64,000 nt of DNA, taken from the NCBI GenBank assembly GCA_040876345.1, contig JBBDPM010000004.1, positions 14,980-78,979 of the forward strand, written 5' to 3'. This stretch comes from Candidatus Woykebacteria bacterium. GTDB taxonomy: Bacteria > Patescibacteriota > Microgenomatia > Woykebacterales > RBG-16-39-9b. The translations under genes were made by a program, and so were the position numbers. Under the pieces are notes generated by a model. That model was given only the letters and a program-made list of their open reading frames with translations. It had not been told where the DNA came from and searched no databases. Shown piece after piece: positions 30,300-41,484 of the stretch; the stretch's first letter is position 1, and every line of letters starts with the position of its first letter.

Positions 30300-31865
30300 A
30301 TGCCAATTTCATCTAATAAAGCAGCCAAACCCTTAATAATTATTATTCTAGACGGTTGGGGAGTGGCAGCGGAAAACTCCTCAAACGCAATTACACTCGC
30401 CCGCAAGCCAAATATGGACTCATATTACAGTAGCTTTCCCCACACCGAGCTTTTGGCAGCTGGTACCGCTGTCGGTTTGCCAACTGCAGAATCGGGAAAT
30501 TCCGAGGTTGGACATCTCAACTTAGGTGCTGGTAGGGTAGTTTATCAAGATCTTGAGAGAATAAACATGGCCATCGCCGATGGCTCTTTTCTTGAAAACG
30601 AAGTACTAAAGAGCGCAATTGAGCACGCTACAAAAAATAAATCCAAAGTTCATCTTCTCGGTTTAGTAGGCTCCGGGGCAGTCCATTCAAGCCTTGAGCA
30701 TTTATACGCCCTGCTTTGGCTTTTAAAGAGCTTAGGGGTGCCGCAGGCTTTTATGCACTTATTTACTGACGGCAGAGACTCACCCCCTTCTTCGGCCTTG
30801 AGGTTAGTTACAGAGTTATCTGGCAAATTAAAAGAAATTGGATACGGGGAAATTTCTTCAGTAAGTGGGCGGTATTACGCTATGGATAGAGACAATCGTT
30901 GGGAAAGAACAAGTGCTGTCTACAGGCGGATTGTTAACGGGGAAGGAAGGATTGCCCAAAGTGCCCCTCAGGTTATAGAAGACTCCTACAAGAATAAAAT
31001 CACTGATGAATTTGTTGAACCGACATTAGTAGCGGCTAAAGATAAGGGTCCTACAACAATCAAAGACAACGATGCCGTAATATTCTTTAATTTTAGACCT
31101 GATAGGGCAAGACAACTTACCAAGGCGATTGTTTCGCAAAACTTCCCCTACTTTGATAGAGGCCAAAAATTAAACAACGTTTTTTTTGTAACAATGACCG
31201 AATATGAAAAGGGTCTACCTTGCTCAGTCGCATTCCCGGCTCCCAAAGTGAACTTTCCGATAGCTCAAGTAATATCTGAGTCAGGTTTTCGTCAACTTCA
31301 TATTAGCGAGACTGAAAAATACGCTCACGTCACTTACTTTTTTAATGGTGGGGTTGAAGGACCTTTTGTCCAGGAAAACCGAATTCACCTACCATCCCCA
31401 AGGGTAGCCACTTACGACTTAAAACCAGAAATGTCAGCTGAACTCATCACCGACACTTTATTACAAAAATTAAGAGGGGAGCAGTATGACTTTTACGTAG
31501 TTAATTTTGCAAATGCCGATATGGTTGCTCATACCGGTTCTCTTGAAGCTACTATACAGGCTGTTGAATTTCTTGATAAATGTGTCGGTAGAATTGTTCT
31601 GGAAACTTTATCATTGGGAGGGGCGGTTGTAATTACCGGAGACCACGGTAATGCAGAGCAAATGAGAAATCTACTGACAGGTGAAGTTGATACTGAGCAC
31701 TCATCCAATCCCGTGCCCTTTTTAGCCCTAACCGAATCTTTGCGGAGAAGACCTGATAAACTCCAATCCGGAGTTCTAGCCGACATTGCGCCCACAATAC
31801 TGTTTTTACTCAAACTCCAAAAACCAAATGTAATGACCGGCCGAAATCTTCTAGCGCAGTACTAA
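30300..31865 (+). CDS. gpmI: 2,3-BPG-independent phosphoglycerate mutase
   Basis: ILDGWG, GNSEVGH, RYYAMDRD, ETEKYAHVT. Confidence 0.97.
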   Translation: MPISSNKAAKPLIIIILDGWGVAAENSSNAITLARKPNMDSYYSSFPHTELLAAGTAVGLPTAESGNSEVGHLNLGAGRVVYQDLERINMAIADGSFLENEVLKSAIEHATKNKSKVHLLGLVGSGAVHSSLEHLYALLWLLKSLGVPQAFMHLFTDGRDSPPSSALRLVTELSGKLKEIGYGEISSVSGRYYAMDRDNRWERTSAVYRRIVNGEGRIAQSAPQVIEDSYKNKITDEFVEPTLVAAKDKGPTTIKDNDAVIFFNFRPDRARQLTKAIVSQNFPYFDRGQKLNNVFFVTMTEYEKGLPCSVAFPAPKVNFPIAQVISESGFRQLHISETEKYAHVTYFFNGGVEGPFVQENRIHLPSPRVATYDLKPEMSAELITDTLLQKLRGEQYDFYVVNFANADMVAHTGSLEATIQAVEFLDKCVGRIVLETLSLGGAVVITGDHGNAEQMRNLLTGEVDTEHSSNPVPFLALTESLRRRPDKLQSGVLADIAPTILFLLKLQKPNVMTGRNLLAQY

Positions 31866-32525
31866 AGTCATCTCTCCTTTAAGGGACCTGCCTTTAACCT
31901 GTTCGAAAACTTCCGGGACTTTCCCCTTCAATTTCTCCTCGTTTACTTTAGTAAGCTCACGCGCTAAAGCTAATTCACGCTCAGGGAAACTCGCATCTAA
32001 AATCTCCAAAGTAGTCAGGATTCGGTGGGGAGTTTCAAAGAAGACTACCGTAATTTTAAGATCCCTAACTAGAATACTAATTTTTTCAAGAAATTTATCC
32101 TGTTTACCCTTTTTCTTTGGGAAGTATCCAAGAAAAGCGAAAGAGTCAGTCGGAAGTCCTGATGCAGCCAAGGCTGCCAAAATTGCCGATGCCCCAGGGA
32201 TTGAAAACACGTTTATTTTCTCCTCATAACACCGGCGCACTAATTTAAACCCTGGGTCTGATAGAGTTGGTGTTCCTGCGTCCGAAATTAAGGCGACGTT
32301 TTGCCCACTTTTTAAAATGCCGATAATTTCATCTTCCCTTCGCAATTCATTGTGCTCATGGAAGCTAGATAGGGGCTTCTTAATTTCGAAATGTTTAAGC
32401 AAGACGCCAGCCCTGCGTGTGTCCTCCGCGAGAATTAAATCCACCTCTTTGAGAGTCTCCAAAGCTCTGAAAGTTATGTCCTGCAGATTACCGATCGGGG
32501 TGCCGACCAAGTAGAGATTACCCAT
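31851..32525 (-). CDS. rsmI: 16S rRNA C1402 2'-O-methyltransferase
   Basis: GTPIGNL, AEDTR, SDAGTP, ARELTK. Confidence 0.96.
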   Translation of the reverse strand: MGNLYLVGTPIGNLQDITFRALETLKEVDLILAEDTRRAGVLLKHFEIKKPLSSFHEHNELRREDEIIGILKSGQNVALISDAGTPTLSDPGFKLVRRCYEEKINVFSIPGASAILAALAASGLPTDSFAFLGYFPKKKGKQDKFLEKISILVRDLKITVVFFETPHRILTTLEILDASFPERELALARELTKVNEEKLKGKVPEVFEQVKGRSLKGEMTLVLR

Positions 32526-32566
32526 ATTTGGTCATTATACAACCTTTATGATAGACTAATTATTTA

Positions 32567-33199
32567 GTGATATATTCAATACTTGAGACTATCACCAGCT
32601 TTGTCATAAACTTAATATCCACCTTTGGATATTTTGGTGTTTTCGCTGCCATGGCGATAGAATCTGCCTCAATTCCACTTCCCTCAGAAATAATAATGCC
32701 TTTTTCAGGATTTTTGGTAACTCAAGGTAAGTTTAATTTTTGGCTGTTAGTTTTAGTTGGGGCAGCTGGTAATTTGTTTGGTTCCTGGGTTATGTATTTT
32801 CTGGGTTATTGGGGTCAAGAGGTTGTAGTTCGGAGGCTAATAAGAGCCTGGGGTAAGTACGTTTTGGTATCAGAAAAAGAGCTTGATCAGGCAGAGAAGT
32901 GGTTCAATCGATTTGGCTCCTGGATTATTTTTTTCTCAAGAATTCTACCCGTGGTTCGTACTTTTATCTCCGTTCCCGCAGGGATTGCAAAGATAGATAT
33001 TGTGCGCTTTAGCATTCTAACTTTCTTAGGATCCTTCATTTGGTCCGCAGTTCTAGCCTACATAGGAGTTGTTTTAGGTGAGAATTGGCGAAATATCGAG
33101 CCCTTGTTTCGCCGTTTTGATATTCTGGTTGCAATTTTTATTATAATTTTAATTGGCTTTTTCCTTTACCATAAATCCAAGGAGTTTTCTAAACCCTAA
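32567..33199 (+). CDS. DedA family protein
   Basis: IPLPSE, RILPVVRTFISVPAG. Confidence 0.93.
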   Translation: MIYSILETITSFVINLISTFGYFGVFAAMAIESASIPLPSEIIMPFSGFLVTQGKFNFWLLVLVGAAGNLFGSWVMYFLGYWGQEVVVRRLIRAWGKYVLVSEKELDQAEKWFNRFGSWIIFFSRILPVVRTFISVPAGIAKIDIVRFSILTFLGSFIWSAVLAYIGVVLGENWRNIEPLFRRFDILVAIFIIILIGFFLYHKSKEFSKP

Positions 33200-34455
33200 T
33201 GATTAAGAAGCTAAGAAAGTTTTTAAAAATAGTTGGACCAGGGGTAATCACCGGTGCATCTGATGATGACCCATCTGGTATTGCAACCTATTCTCAAGCT
33301 GGAGCCCAGGGTGGCTTTAGTATGCTCTGGACTGCTCCCTTAACATTTCCCCTAATGGCAGGGGTTCAAGAGATGTGCGCCAGAGTCGGTCTTGTTACCG
33401 GACACGGACTTTCCGGAGTTTTAAAAAAGCATTACCCCTCCTGGGTAGTTTATCTGCTTGCCGCCCTTGTTCTTTTCGCCAACACCATAAATATAGCCGC
33501 CGATATTGCCGGTATGGCCGCGGCCGCAAATCTTCTGATCCCAATCCCAAATTTTATTTTGGCTGTTTTTTTCTCAGGGGTAATAATTTGCCTGCTAATT
33601 TATGCTCCTTACCACCTGATAGCCAATTACTTGAAGTGGTTTACTCTGGCTCTTTTTGCCTACTTCATTGTCCCTTTTGCAATCAGGACAGACTGGTTAG
33701 ACGTCATTTACCATACAACCCTACCAAATATTAAGTTTGACTCTTTAACCATAACGTTGTTTGTGGCAATACTGGGTACCACAATCTCTCCATACCTTTT
33801 CTTCTGGCAAGCGTCGATGGAGGTTGAAAACAAGTTAGACGAGATAAAAGCAAAAGTTCTGAAGCGCTGGGTAGTTACAAAACACGAGGTCAGACTTATG
33901 GAGGAAGATGTTACCTTGGGGATGTTTTTTTCAAACATAACGATGTGGTTCATTATAATCGCCACTGCCGTCACTTTAGCGCCATCCGGAATAGTTAATA
34001 TTGAAACTGCTGAGCAAGCAGCCGCCGCCTTAAAACCAATAGCGGGGGATTTTGCCTCGCTTCTTTTTACTTTGGGAATTGTTGGAACAGGGTTTTTAGC
34101 AATACCAGTGCTTGCCGGATCTTCCTCCTACGTTCTTTCTGAGGCTTTTGGTTGGGAAGAAGGATTAAATAAACCGTTTCATAAAGCCAAGAAATTTTAC
34201 CTGGTGATAATTTTTTCAACAATTGTTGGGGCCTTAATAAACTTCATTGGCCTAAACCCCATTAAAATGCTTCTTTACACGGCCGTAATCTACGGGATAG
34301 TTTCACCACCGCTAATCTTAGTTATCTTACACATAGCCAACAACAAAAAAATAATGGGTGACTGGACAAATGGTAGGATTTCCAATTACTTGGGAATTTC
34401 TACTTTGTTTTTAATGTCTTTTGCGGCGGTTGCTTTCTTTGTAGTAAATTTGTAG
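33199..34455 (+). CDS. Nramp-family divalent metal transporter
   Basis: GPGVITGASDDDPSG, GTTISPY. Confidence 0.9.
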   Translation: MIKKLRKFLKIVGPGVITGASDDDPSGIATYSQAGAQGGFSMLWTAPLTFPLMAGVQEMCARVGLVTGHGLSGVLKKHYPSWVVYLLAALVLFANTINIAADIAGMAAAANLLIPIPNFILAVFFSGVIICLLIYAPYHLIANYLKWFTLALFAYFIVPFAIRTDWLDVIYHTTLPNIKFDSLTITLFVAILGTTISPYLFFWQASMEVENKLDEIKAKVLKRWVVTKHEVRLMEEDVTLGMFFSNITMWFIIIATAVTLAPSGIVNIETAEQAAAALKPIAGDFASLLFTLGIVGTGFLAIPVLAGSSSYVLSEAFGWEEGLNKPFHKAKKFYLVIIFSTIVGALINFIGLNPIKMLLYTAVIYGIVSPPLILVILHIANNKKIMGDWTNGRISNYLGISTLFLMSFAAVAFFVVNL

Positions 34456-34459
34456 AAAT

Positions 34460-35077
34460 TTAGTGGTACTTTCTTATGACTCCAACTACCTTGCCTTGAA
34501 TTTTAACGTTCCTAGTAAGGATAGGATTCATTGAGGAATTTGCTGGCTCAAGACGCACGTGATCAATTTCTCTAAAATATCTTTTTAAAGTAGCAAATGA
34601 GTCGTTTAGCAAAGCTACAACAATATCTCCGTTTTGCGCATCTTCCTGTTGCTCAATTACTACGAAGTCACCATCCAAAATTGCTGCTTCCACCATGGAG
34701 TTTCCTTTGACTTGGAGAACATAGCAGCGCTTATTACCAACCATGTCTGGTGGAATCATTACCGAGGAGGTGTGATCCTCAATTGCTTCTATTGGAGAGC
34801 CAGCTGCAATTCTGCCTACCAATGGGAGCTCGACTGCCGATGGTACCCAGCCAATCGCTCTTTGATCCACTACTTCAATTCCGCGGCGTACCCCATCTGT
34901 TTTTTTAAGCACCCCCTTAGCCATTAAGTTTTGGATGTGCTCGTGCACAGTAGCGGGAGAGCGAAGGCCCAGACCATCACAAATTTCGGCCAAAGTTGGG
35001 GCATAGCCATGCTTTTGCATAAACTGCGAAACAAATTGTAGTAAGTCTCTTTGTCGTTTGTAAATTACTGGGGCCAT
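34460..35077 (-). CDS. lexA: LexA repressor
   Basis: wHTH PTLAEI, cleavage site IAAG, catalytic GNSM and TLKR. Confidence 0.95.
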   Translation of the reverse strand: MAPVIYKRQRDLLQFVSQFMQKHGYAPTLAEICDGLGLRSPATVHEHIQNLMAKGVLKKTDGVRRGIEVVDQRAIGWVPSAVELPLVGRIAAGSPIEAIEDHTSSVMIPPDMVGNKRCYVLQVKGNSMVEAAILDGDFVVIEQQEDAQNGDIVVALLNDSFATLKRYFREIDHVRLEPANSSMNPILTRNVKIQGKVVGVIRKYH

Positions 35078-35233
35078 ATGAGTTTTTATTTAAATTATAA
35101 ACTAGAAGACGAGCAGGTTTTGTTAGAACTACTTCGTCTAATTTCTGGATTAATTATCGCCCTATTTTCGGGGTTGGTCAAGAGAGTCAAAATGGGTAAA
35201 AAAGGGTCAGATATGGTCAGTTGAAATATATCC

Positions 35234-35261
35234 TTGACGTAAAGCTCGTTTGGTATATAAT
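35234..35261 (+). promoter_or_regulatory. Sigma70-type promoter upstream of the large structured RNA
   Basis: TTGACG (35234-39), 16 nt, TATAAT (35256-61). Confidence 0.65.
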
Positions 35262-35267
35262 AATTTT

Positions 35268-35705
35268 GGAATTGCGGGTTTTCCTAGTTCGTGTAGGGAA
35301 GCAGGCCCACCACCTTAACTTCCCGCCTGCAATGACCTGGACCGCTCCAAAGCCTCCCTGCCGAGGAGCGGACAGAGAGATCTCAGAGCGAAAGCTCTGT
35401 TTTCTTGTAGAGCGCCAAATTAGCGCTCACAACTAATTTTGTGGATCTGGGTCACGCCCTTCCCGTACACCAGTGTGGCCTGGGGAAGCGTGCAGGAGTT
35501 TGTCGGCCTGTGGCCTACTCCTGCCACGAAATTTCCATGGAAAGCGCTAACCACGCGCCATCCATTTAGGCTGTCTTCTGGTCTCGTGTGCTGGTACGTC
35601 CCTCCTCCAGGACGAACACCGCACGCGGGAATCAGAATGATCGCTACGGGCCCAAGTTGAGCGCTCCTCACCGAGAATCTCTTGGGCCCTAACCCTTTAG
35701 GTTAT
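35268..35705 (+). ncRNA. Candidate large (~440 nt) structured ncRNA of unknown class
   Basis: More than ten stems tiling the region, GC-rich relative to flanks, G-U pairs favour + strand, promoter upstream, no credible ORF. Confidence 0.65.
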
Positions 35706-35775
35706 TCACTTTTCCTAGAATGCTTATTACTCGAGGTCTTTAATACTTCAACTTCTTAAGTTAGAATCTAGATTT

Positions 35776-37800
35776 ATGAACAAGTTTAAACTAAAGTCCC
35801 CCTGGCCGCCGACGGGTGATCAACCAGTGGCGATAGAAAAGCTAGTCAAGGGGCTTCAGGAGGGCTTTAAACACCAAGTTTTGCTGGGCGCCACTGGGAC
35901 CGGTAAGACTTTTACCATGGCCAATGTTGTGGCCCAGATTAACAAACCAACTCTGTTAATCGCTCATAATAAGACTTTAGCAGCCCAACTTGCTTCTGAG
36001 TTTCGTGAATTTTTCCCCGAAAATGCTGTCGAATATTTTGTAAGCTATTACGATTACTACCAACCAGAAGCGTATGTCCCGCAGATTGACTTATACATCG
36101 AAAAAGACGCCGATATTAATGAAGAAATAGATAGGCTTAGACTGGCAGCTACAAAAGCTTTAATGACTAGAAGTGATGTCCTAATCGTTGCATCAGTTTC
36201 TTGTATTTACAATATTGGCTCGCCAGAGGCTTACAAAGAGAGCGTTTTAACGCTTTTCAAAGGCCAAAAAATCTTGGTTAAAGAAATCTTGGCAAGGCTC
36301 GTAGAAATCCAGTACGAGAGAAATGATCTTGATCTGAAAAGGGGAAAATTTAGAGTGAAGGGGGACACGGTGGAAATTTACCCTGCCTATGAGGAGTTTG
36401 TGGTAAGAGTAAGTTTCCTTGGAGATTCGATTGAGAAGATTGAAAAGCTAGACCCGACAAGCTTCGATAATCAAGAAGCTCTTGAAGAGATAGTTGTTTT
36501 CCCAGCCCGCCATTACGTAATGCCTCGTCAAAACCTCGAAGATCCACTTTCTCAAATTAGAAATGATCTTGATGGCAGACTAAAATATCTAAAAAAAGAA
36601 AACAGGGTAGTTGAAGCAAAAAGACTGGAAGCCCGCACCAAATTTGACCTTGAACAACTTGAGCAGCTCGGTTTTGTAAAGGGAATAGAGAATTATTCAC
36701 GCTATTTTGACGGTCGTGAGGCTGGAGAACCACCATACACCCTGATTGATTATTTTCCCAAGGACTATCTTTTAATTATTGATGAATCCCACATGAGTGT
36801 GCCGCAAATAAAGGCGATGTGGCACGGGGAACGAGCTCGAAAGAATGTCCTGATTGATAACGGCTTTAGACTACCTAGTGCAATGGATAACCGGCCTTTA
36901 ACTTTTGAAGAATTTTCCCGGAAAGTAAATCAAGTGGTTTACACTTCTGCGACCCCAAGCGTCTATGAAACTTCTCTTGCGGAGAGAGTTGTTGAACAAG
37001 TAATAAGGCCGACTGGTATTGTTGATCCCCAGATTGAGGTAAGAAAAACAAAGGGACAAATTCAGGATTTGATTGAGGAAATACAAAAACGAGTTAAAAA
37101 GGGTCAACGAGTCTTAGTTACCACGCTAACGAAACACATGGCTGAGGACCTTACTGAGTTTTTAGCTGAACGCGAGATAAAAGTGATGTACATTCACTAC
37201 CAAGTGGATACTTTGCAAAGAATAGACATCCTGCGGGATTTAAGAAAGGGAATTTATGACGTACTGGTCGGAATAAATCTACTTCGAGAAGGATTGGACC
37301 TTCCCGAAGTTTCCTTGGTCGCAATACTAGATGCCGATAAAGAAGGTTTCTTGCGGTCTCAAACGAGTTTGATTCAAACAACTGGCAGAGCTGCCCGTCA
37401 CATTGAGGGTAGAGTGATAATGTATGCCGATAACATCACTGGCTCCATGAAAGCGGCAATTGCGGAGACTAATCGTCGGCGCAACGTTCAAATCTCGTAT
37501 AACAAAAAGCACAATATCACACCTGCCACAATTCAGAAAGCGATTCATGATATTGGTGAGAGGCTAGCTGAACTTCAGCCAGAAGTAACAACGGTCGAAG
37601 AGCTTGATTTCACTAAGATTCCTAAAACTGAAATAAAAAGGTTGTCGAAAGATTTGGAATCTGAGATGAAGCTAGCTGCCGAAAACCTCGAGTTCGAGCG
37701 CGCAGCCTTACTTCGTGATCAATTTTTAGAGCTAAAAAACCAAAATTTGGTAATTCCCAAAACAATAACAACTAAAGAAGCAAGAAAAATTAAAATGTAG
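35776..37800 (+). CDS. uvrB: Excinuclease ABC subunit B
   Basis: [28 protein letters not shown]. Confidence 0.98.
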   Translation: MNKFKLKSPWPPTGDQPVAIEKLVKGLQEGFKHQVLLGATGTGKTFTMANVVAQINKPTLLIAHNKTLAAQLASEFREFFPENAVEYFVSYYDYYQPEAYVPQIDLYIEKDADINEEIDRLRLAATKALMTRSDVLIVASVSCIYNIGSPEAYKESVLTLFKGQKILVKEILARLVEIQYERNDLDLKRGKFRVKGDTVEIYPAYEEFVVRVSFLGDSIEKIEKLDPTSFDNQEALEEIVVFPARHYVMPRQNLEDPLSQIRNDLDGRLKYLKKENRVVEAKRLEARTKFDLEQLEQLGFVKGIENYSRYFDGREAGEPPYTLIDYFPKDYLLIIDESHMSVPQIKAMWHGERARKNVLIDNGFRLPSAMDNRPLTFEEFSRKVNQVVYTSATPSVYETSLAERVVEQVIRPTGIVDPQIEVRKTKGQIQDLIEEIQKRVKKGQRVLVTTLTKHMAEDLTEFLAEREIKVMYIHYQVDTLQRIDILRDLRKGIYDVLVGINLLREGLDLPEVSLVAILDADKEGFLRSQTSLIQTTGRAARHIEGRVIMYADNITGSMKAAIAETNRRRNVQISYNKKHNITPATIQKAIHDIGERLAELQPEVTTVEELDFTKIPKTEIKRLSKDLESEMKLAAENLEFERAALLRDQFLELKNQNLVIPKTITTKEARKIKM

Positions 37801-38191
37801 GTGGTGGAGCCAAGTTCGCCGTGTCAACGACGGGGGCGGAAACTCAACCCCACCTGAACTGTTGTCAACCTAGTTGACTCAACGACCATCCTCAACCTTC
37901 ACTCCTAGACTGATGGACGCGATGTTGGTCCGAAGAACCTGGAACCATGGACGGCGTGCGATCATCAGCAGCTCTGGTCAAGACAGGAACGCTTCGGCTT
38001 AATCTATACCAGCTCCTCTTGGTCAGGCAAGGTGCCGTGGTAGGGACTATCCTACAGAGGGTGATCCTCACCGCACCTAGTTTCGACTCACTTCTAATTA
38101 GTTGCATTTTAAACTTTAATATTGCGAGTTGTTGTAAAAATTTGCGAAAGAGACTATACTTTTACGCTACGCTATTTCAGTAATCACGATC

Positions 38192-41032
38192 ATGGCCGAT
38201 AAAATAATTATCCGCGGAGCCCGCGAGCACAACTTGAAAAACGTTGATGTAGAAATTCCCAAAAACAAATTGGTAGTAATTACCGGTATCTCCGGATCTG
38301 GTAAATCCTCTCTTGCTTTTGACACAATTTACGCCGAAGGGCAAAGGCGCTACGTCGAGTCCCTTTCGGCCTACGCTCGGCAGTTTCTAGGACTTATGGA
38401 AAAGCCTGATGTTGATCAGATTGAAGGTTTATCACCGGCAATTTCAATTGATCAAAAAAGCGCTCCTAAAAACCCCCGCTCGACGGTGGGCACAATTACC
38501 GAAATTTACGATTACATGAGGCTTCTTTGGGCTAGAGTTGGAGTTCCGCACTGCCCAATCGATGGCAAGGAGATTAAAGCCCAAACCCCCCAAGAAATCG
38601 TGGATCAGATAATTGAAATTGGTAGCAAACAAGTTAAAGGCCACAAGAGCGCAGAGTCGTTAATTCTAATCCTTGCCCCAATAGTGAAAGGTAGGAAAGG
38701 TATTTATGACGAGGTTTTTGTGGATCTGCGAAAAAAAGGTTACGTTAGGGTAAGGGTCGACGGTAAAGTCTACGAGATAGGGGAGACTCCGAAACTTGGT
38801 CGCTATAAAATCCATGATATTGAGGCGGTTGTTGATAGGATTGCGTCGCCATTTGAAAGACAAAGGCTTACCGAGTCTGTCGAAACTGCTCTAAAGTTAT
38901 CCGATGGTATTATAATCACCTCTGTCAAACAAAAAGACTACACGTTCTCCGAAAAATTTGCTTGTCCGCAGCACGGTGTATCTCTTCCAGAAATAGAGCC
39001 CCGAACTTTTTCATTTAATTCTCCCTATGGCGCTTGCCCTTCTTGCGCTGGAATTGGGTCAAAACTTACCGTGGATCCCGATCTTGTGATCCCAAACAAA
39101 AGCCTTTCAATTTCGGAAGGGGCAATACTACCCTGGAGTAGAATACTTGGGGCCGACACTTGGTCTGCAAGAAGGCTAGAAGCTCTTTTTGAGCACTTAA
39201 ATCTTTCTTTAAGTACCCCTATAAAAGATTTACCAAAAGATTCCCTGGACATTGTTCTTTACGGATCTGAAGATGAGGTTTTTGAGGTTTCGGGCAGGAA
39301 TCGCTTTGGTAGACAAATCACGTTTAATACTACTTTTGAAGGTGTAGTCCCGGAGATTCTACGCCGCTATAAGGAAACTGACAGTGACTGGACAAAACGA
39401 GAGATAGAAAAATATATGAGAGAGGAAACTTGTGAAGTTTGTCGGGGGTTTAGATTAAAAAAAGAGGCCAAATTTATTACAGTCGGCGGAAAGTCCATTA
39501 GTGAGGTAAGCGCTTCCTCAATTCAAGAGTCAAATCAGTGGTTTGGGGATCTTACTCTTTCGGAAAAAAAAGAAAAAATCGCAAAACAAGTGCTTAAGGA
39601 AATAAGGAGTAGACTAAAGTTTCTACTAGACGTCGGTTTGGGTTACTTAACTATTGATAGAACGAGCGCAACTTTGGCCGGTGGGGAGGCGCAAAGAATT
39701 CGTCTTGCATCGCAAATCGGTTCGGGTCTCTCTGGCGTGCTTTACGTTTTGGATGAGCCTTCCATCGGGCTTCACCAAAAGGATAATGGCAAACTTATCG
39801 AAACTTTGAAAAACCTGAGAGACTTAGGAAACACTGTTATTGTGGTTGAGCATGATAAAGAAACCATTGAAAATGCCGATTGGGTTATTGACGTTGGGCC
39901 GGGAGCCGGTGAGCACGGGGGAAAAATTATTGCCTCCGGCACACCGGAGACCATAAAGAGGGCAAAAGACTCGATAACAGGAGATTTTCTAGTAGGCAAA
40001 AGAAAGATTCGTACCAAAGCCCAGCGTAGTGTTAAAGCCAATCATAAACTTACTATTCTAGGAGCTGAAGAGCACAATCTTAAAAATATTGACGTTGAGT
40101 TTCCACTAGGCTTATTTATTTGCGTCACCGGAGTTTCGGGAAGTGGAAAATCCACCCTGGTCGAAGATACACTTCGTAAGGCGCTAAGTAGCAAGATATA
40201 CAGGTCAAAGGAAAAAATCGGCAGACACAAAGAAATTGTTGGAATGGAGCATATCGATAAGGTGGTTAACATAGACCAATCACCTATAGGGAGAACGCCA
40301 AGAAGTAACCCGGCTACTTATACTGGGGCTTTCTCGCATATTAGAGAGCTCTTCGCGAAAACTCCAGAGTCTAAGATAAGAGGCTACAAGTCAGGTAGAT
40401 TCTCCTTTAATGTAAAAGGAGGTCGCTGCGAAGCTTGCGAGGGGGATGGCGTGATAAAAATCGAAATGCAGTTTCTTCCTGATGTATATGTAACTTGCGA
40501 AACTTGTCAAGGGAAACGTTACAATCGAGAAGCCCTAGAAATAACTTTTAAGGGTAAAAATATTTCCGACGTTCTTGATATGACCGTTGAGGAGGCACTT
40601 CTCTTCTTCCAAAATATCCCAGTAATAAATAACAAGCTTCAAACACTATCTGACGTTGGACTCTCCTATATAAGGCTTGGGCAAAGAGCAACGACTTTAT
40701 CCGGTGGTGAGGCCCAAAGAATAAAACTTTCGGCAGAGCTTTCAAAAAGGAGTACTGGTCGGACTTTTTATATACTGGATGAGCCAACAACTGGGCTTCA
40801 TTTTGCCGACATCGAGAACCTCCTCTCAGTTTTGCAAAGACTAGTTGAACTTGGAAACACTGTTTTAGTTATCGAACACAATCTCGATGTAATTAAAGAT
40901 GCTGACTGGCTAATCGACTTGGGGCCGGACGGTGGAGATTTAGGTGGGAGGGTAGTGGCTGTCGGGACTGTTGAGCAAACCGCGAAAAATGCAGCTTCAT
41001 ACACCGGCTCTTATCTGAAAAAAATAATTTAG
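38192..41032 (+). CDS. uvrA: Excinuclease ABC subunit A
   Basis: Two ABC modules ([16 protein letters not shown]) and Zn fingers. Confidence 0.98.
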   Translation: MADKIIIRGAREHNLKNVDVEIPKNKLVVITGISGSGKSSLAFDTIYAEGQRRYVESLSAYARQFLGLMEKPDVDQIEGLSPAISIDQKSAPKNPRSTVGTITEIYDYMRLLWARVGVPHCPIDGKEIKAQTPQEIVDQIIEIGSKQVKGHKSAESLILILAPIVKGRKGIYDEVFVDLRKKGYVRVRVDGKVYEIGETPKLGRYKIHDIEAVVDRIASPFERQRLTESVETALKLSDGIIITSVKQKDYTFSEKFACPQHGVSLPEIEPRTFSFNSPYGACPSCAGIGSKLTVDPDLVIPNKSLSISEGAILPWSRILGADTWSARRLEALFEHLNLSLSTPIKDLPKDSLDIVLYGSEDEVFEVSGRNRFGRQITFNTTFEGVVPEILRRYKETDSDWTKREIEKYMREETCEVCRGFRLKKEAKFITVGGKSISEVSASSIQESNQWFGDLTLSEKKEKIAKQVLKEIRSRLKFLLDVGLGYLTIDRTSATLAGGEAQRIRLASQIGSGLSGVLYVLDEPSIGLHQKDNGKLIETLKNLRDLGNTVIVVEHDKETIENADWVIDVGPGAGEHGGKIIASGTPETIKRAKDSITGDFLVGKRKIRTKAQRSVKANHKLTILGAEEHNLKNIDVEFPLGLFICVTGVSGSGKSTLVEDTLRKALSSKIYRSKEKIGRHKEIVGMEHIDKVVNIDQSPIGRTPRSNPATYTGAFSHIRELFAKTPESKIRGYKSGRFSFNVKGGRCEACEGDGVIKIEMQFLPDVYVTCETCQGKRYNREALEITFKGKNISDVLDMTVEEALLFFQNIPVINNKLQTLSDVGLSYIRLGQRATTLSGGEAQRIKLSAELSKRSTGRTFYILDEPTTGLHFADIENLLSVLQRLVELGNTVLVIEHNLDVIKDADWLIDLGPDGGDLGGRVVAVGTVEQTAKNAASYTGSYLKKII

Positions 41033-41088
41033 GCTATATAAAACCGGTTTGCCCATTAGCTACTAAATGTGTTAAACTCGATTCTTGA

Positions 41089-41484
41089 GTGAGTACTTTT
41101 TCCAATAAAGAAAATGCTACGATCAAGATACTTTTGGTGGATGACGACCCTTCATGCTTGAAACTGTATAAGCTTAAGTTTGAATTAGATGGGTTTGATG
41201 TTAGAGTGGCTAAGGATGGAAAAGAAGGTCTTGAAAAGGCAATAGCTGATGCTCCAAATATAATTCTTCTAGATATAAAAATTCCCGAGATGGATGGCTT
41301 GGAACTTTTAAAAAACCTAAAAAATACCGAAAGTCTGAGCAACACTTCTGTTGTGGTATTTTCGAACTTCGATGATCAAGAGCTAATTGAAAAAAGTCTG
41401 AGCATTGGGGCCAAAGACTACATTGTAAAATCTCAATTCACTCCCGAAGAAATTTCGACTAAAATTAAAACGTTGGTCAGATGA
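41089..41484 (+). CDS. Single-domain response regulator
   Basis: LLVDDD, LLDIKIP, DYIVK. Confidence 0.9.
   Translation: MSTFSNKENATIKILLVDDDPSCLKLYKLKFELDGFDVRVAKDGKEGLEKAIADAPNIILLDIKIPEMDGLELLKNLKNTESLSNTSVVVFSNFDDQELIEKSLSIGAKDYIVKSQFTPEEISTKIKTLVR

Noticed and set aside
35078-35233. LexA operator
   Set aside because: An imperfect dyad (AGACGA/TCGTCT) is present, but I found no motif shared with the uvrA and uvrB upstream regions
35221-35671. Three short ORFs (71, 83, 73 aa)
   Set aside because: Atypical composition, non-ATG starts, mutually overlapping; region better explained as structured RNA
35268-35705. Assignment as RNase P RNA, tmRNA or SRP RNA
   Set aside because: No GAGGAAAGUCC, no tRNA-like ends; GGAAGCAG at 35297 lacks the SRP helix-8 context
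37801-38110. tmRNA or tRNA-Ala
   Set aside because: CCA-like end but no T-loop and no complementary 5' acceptor strand
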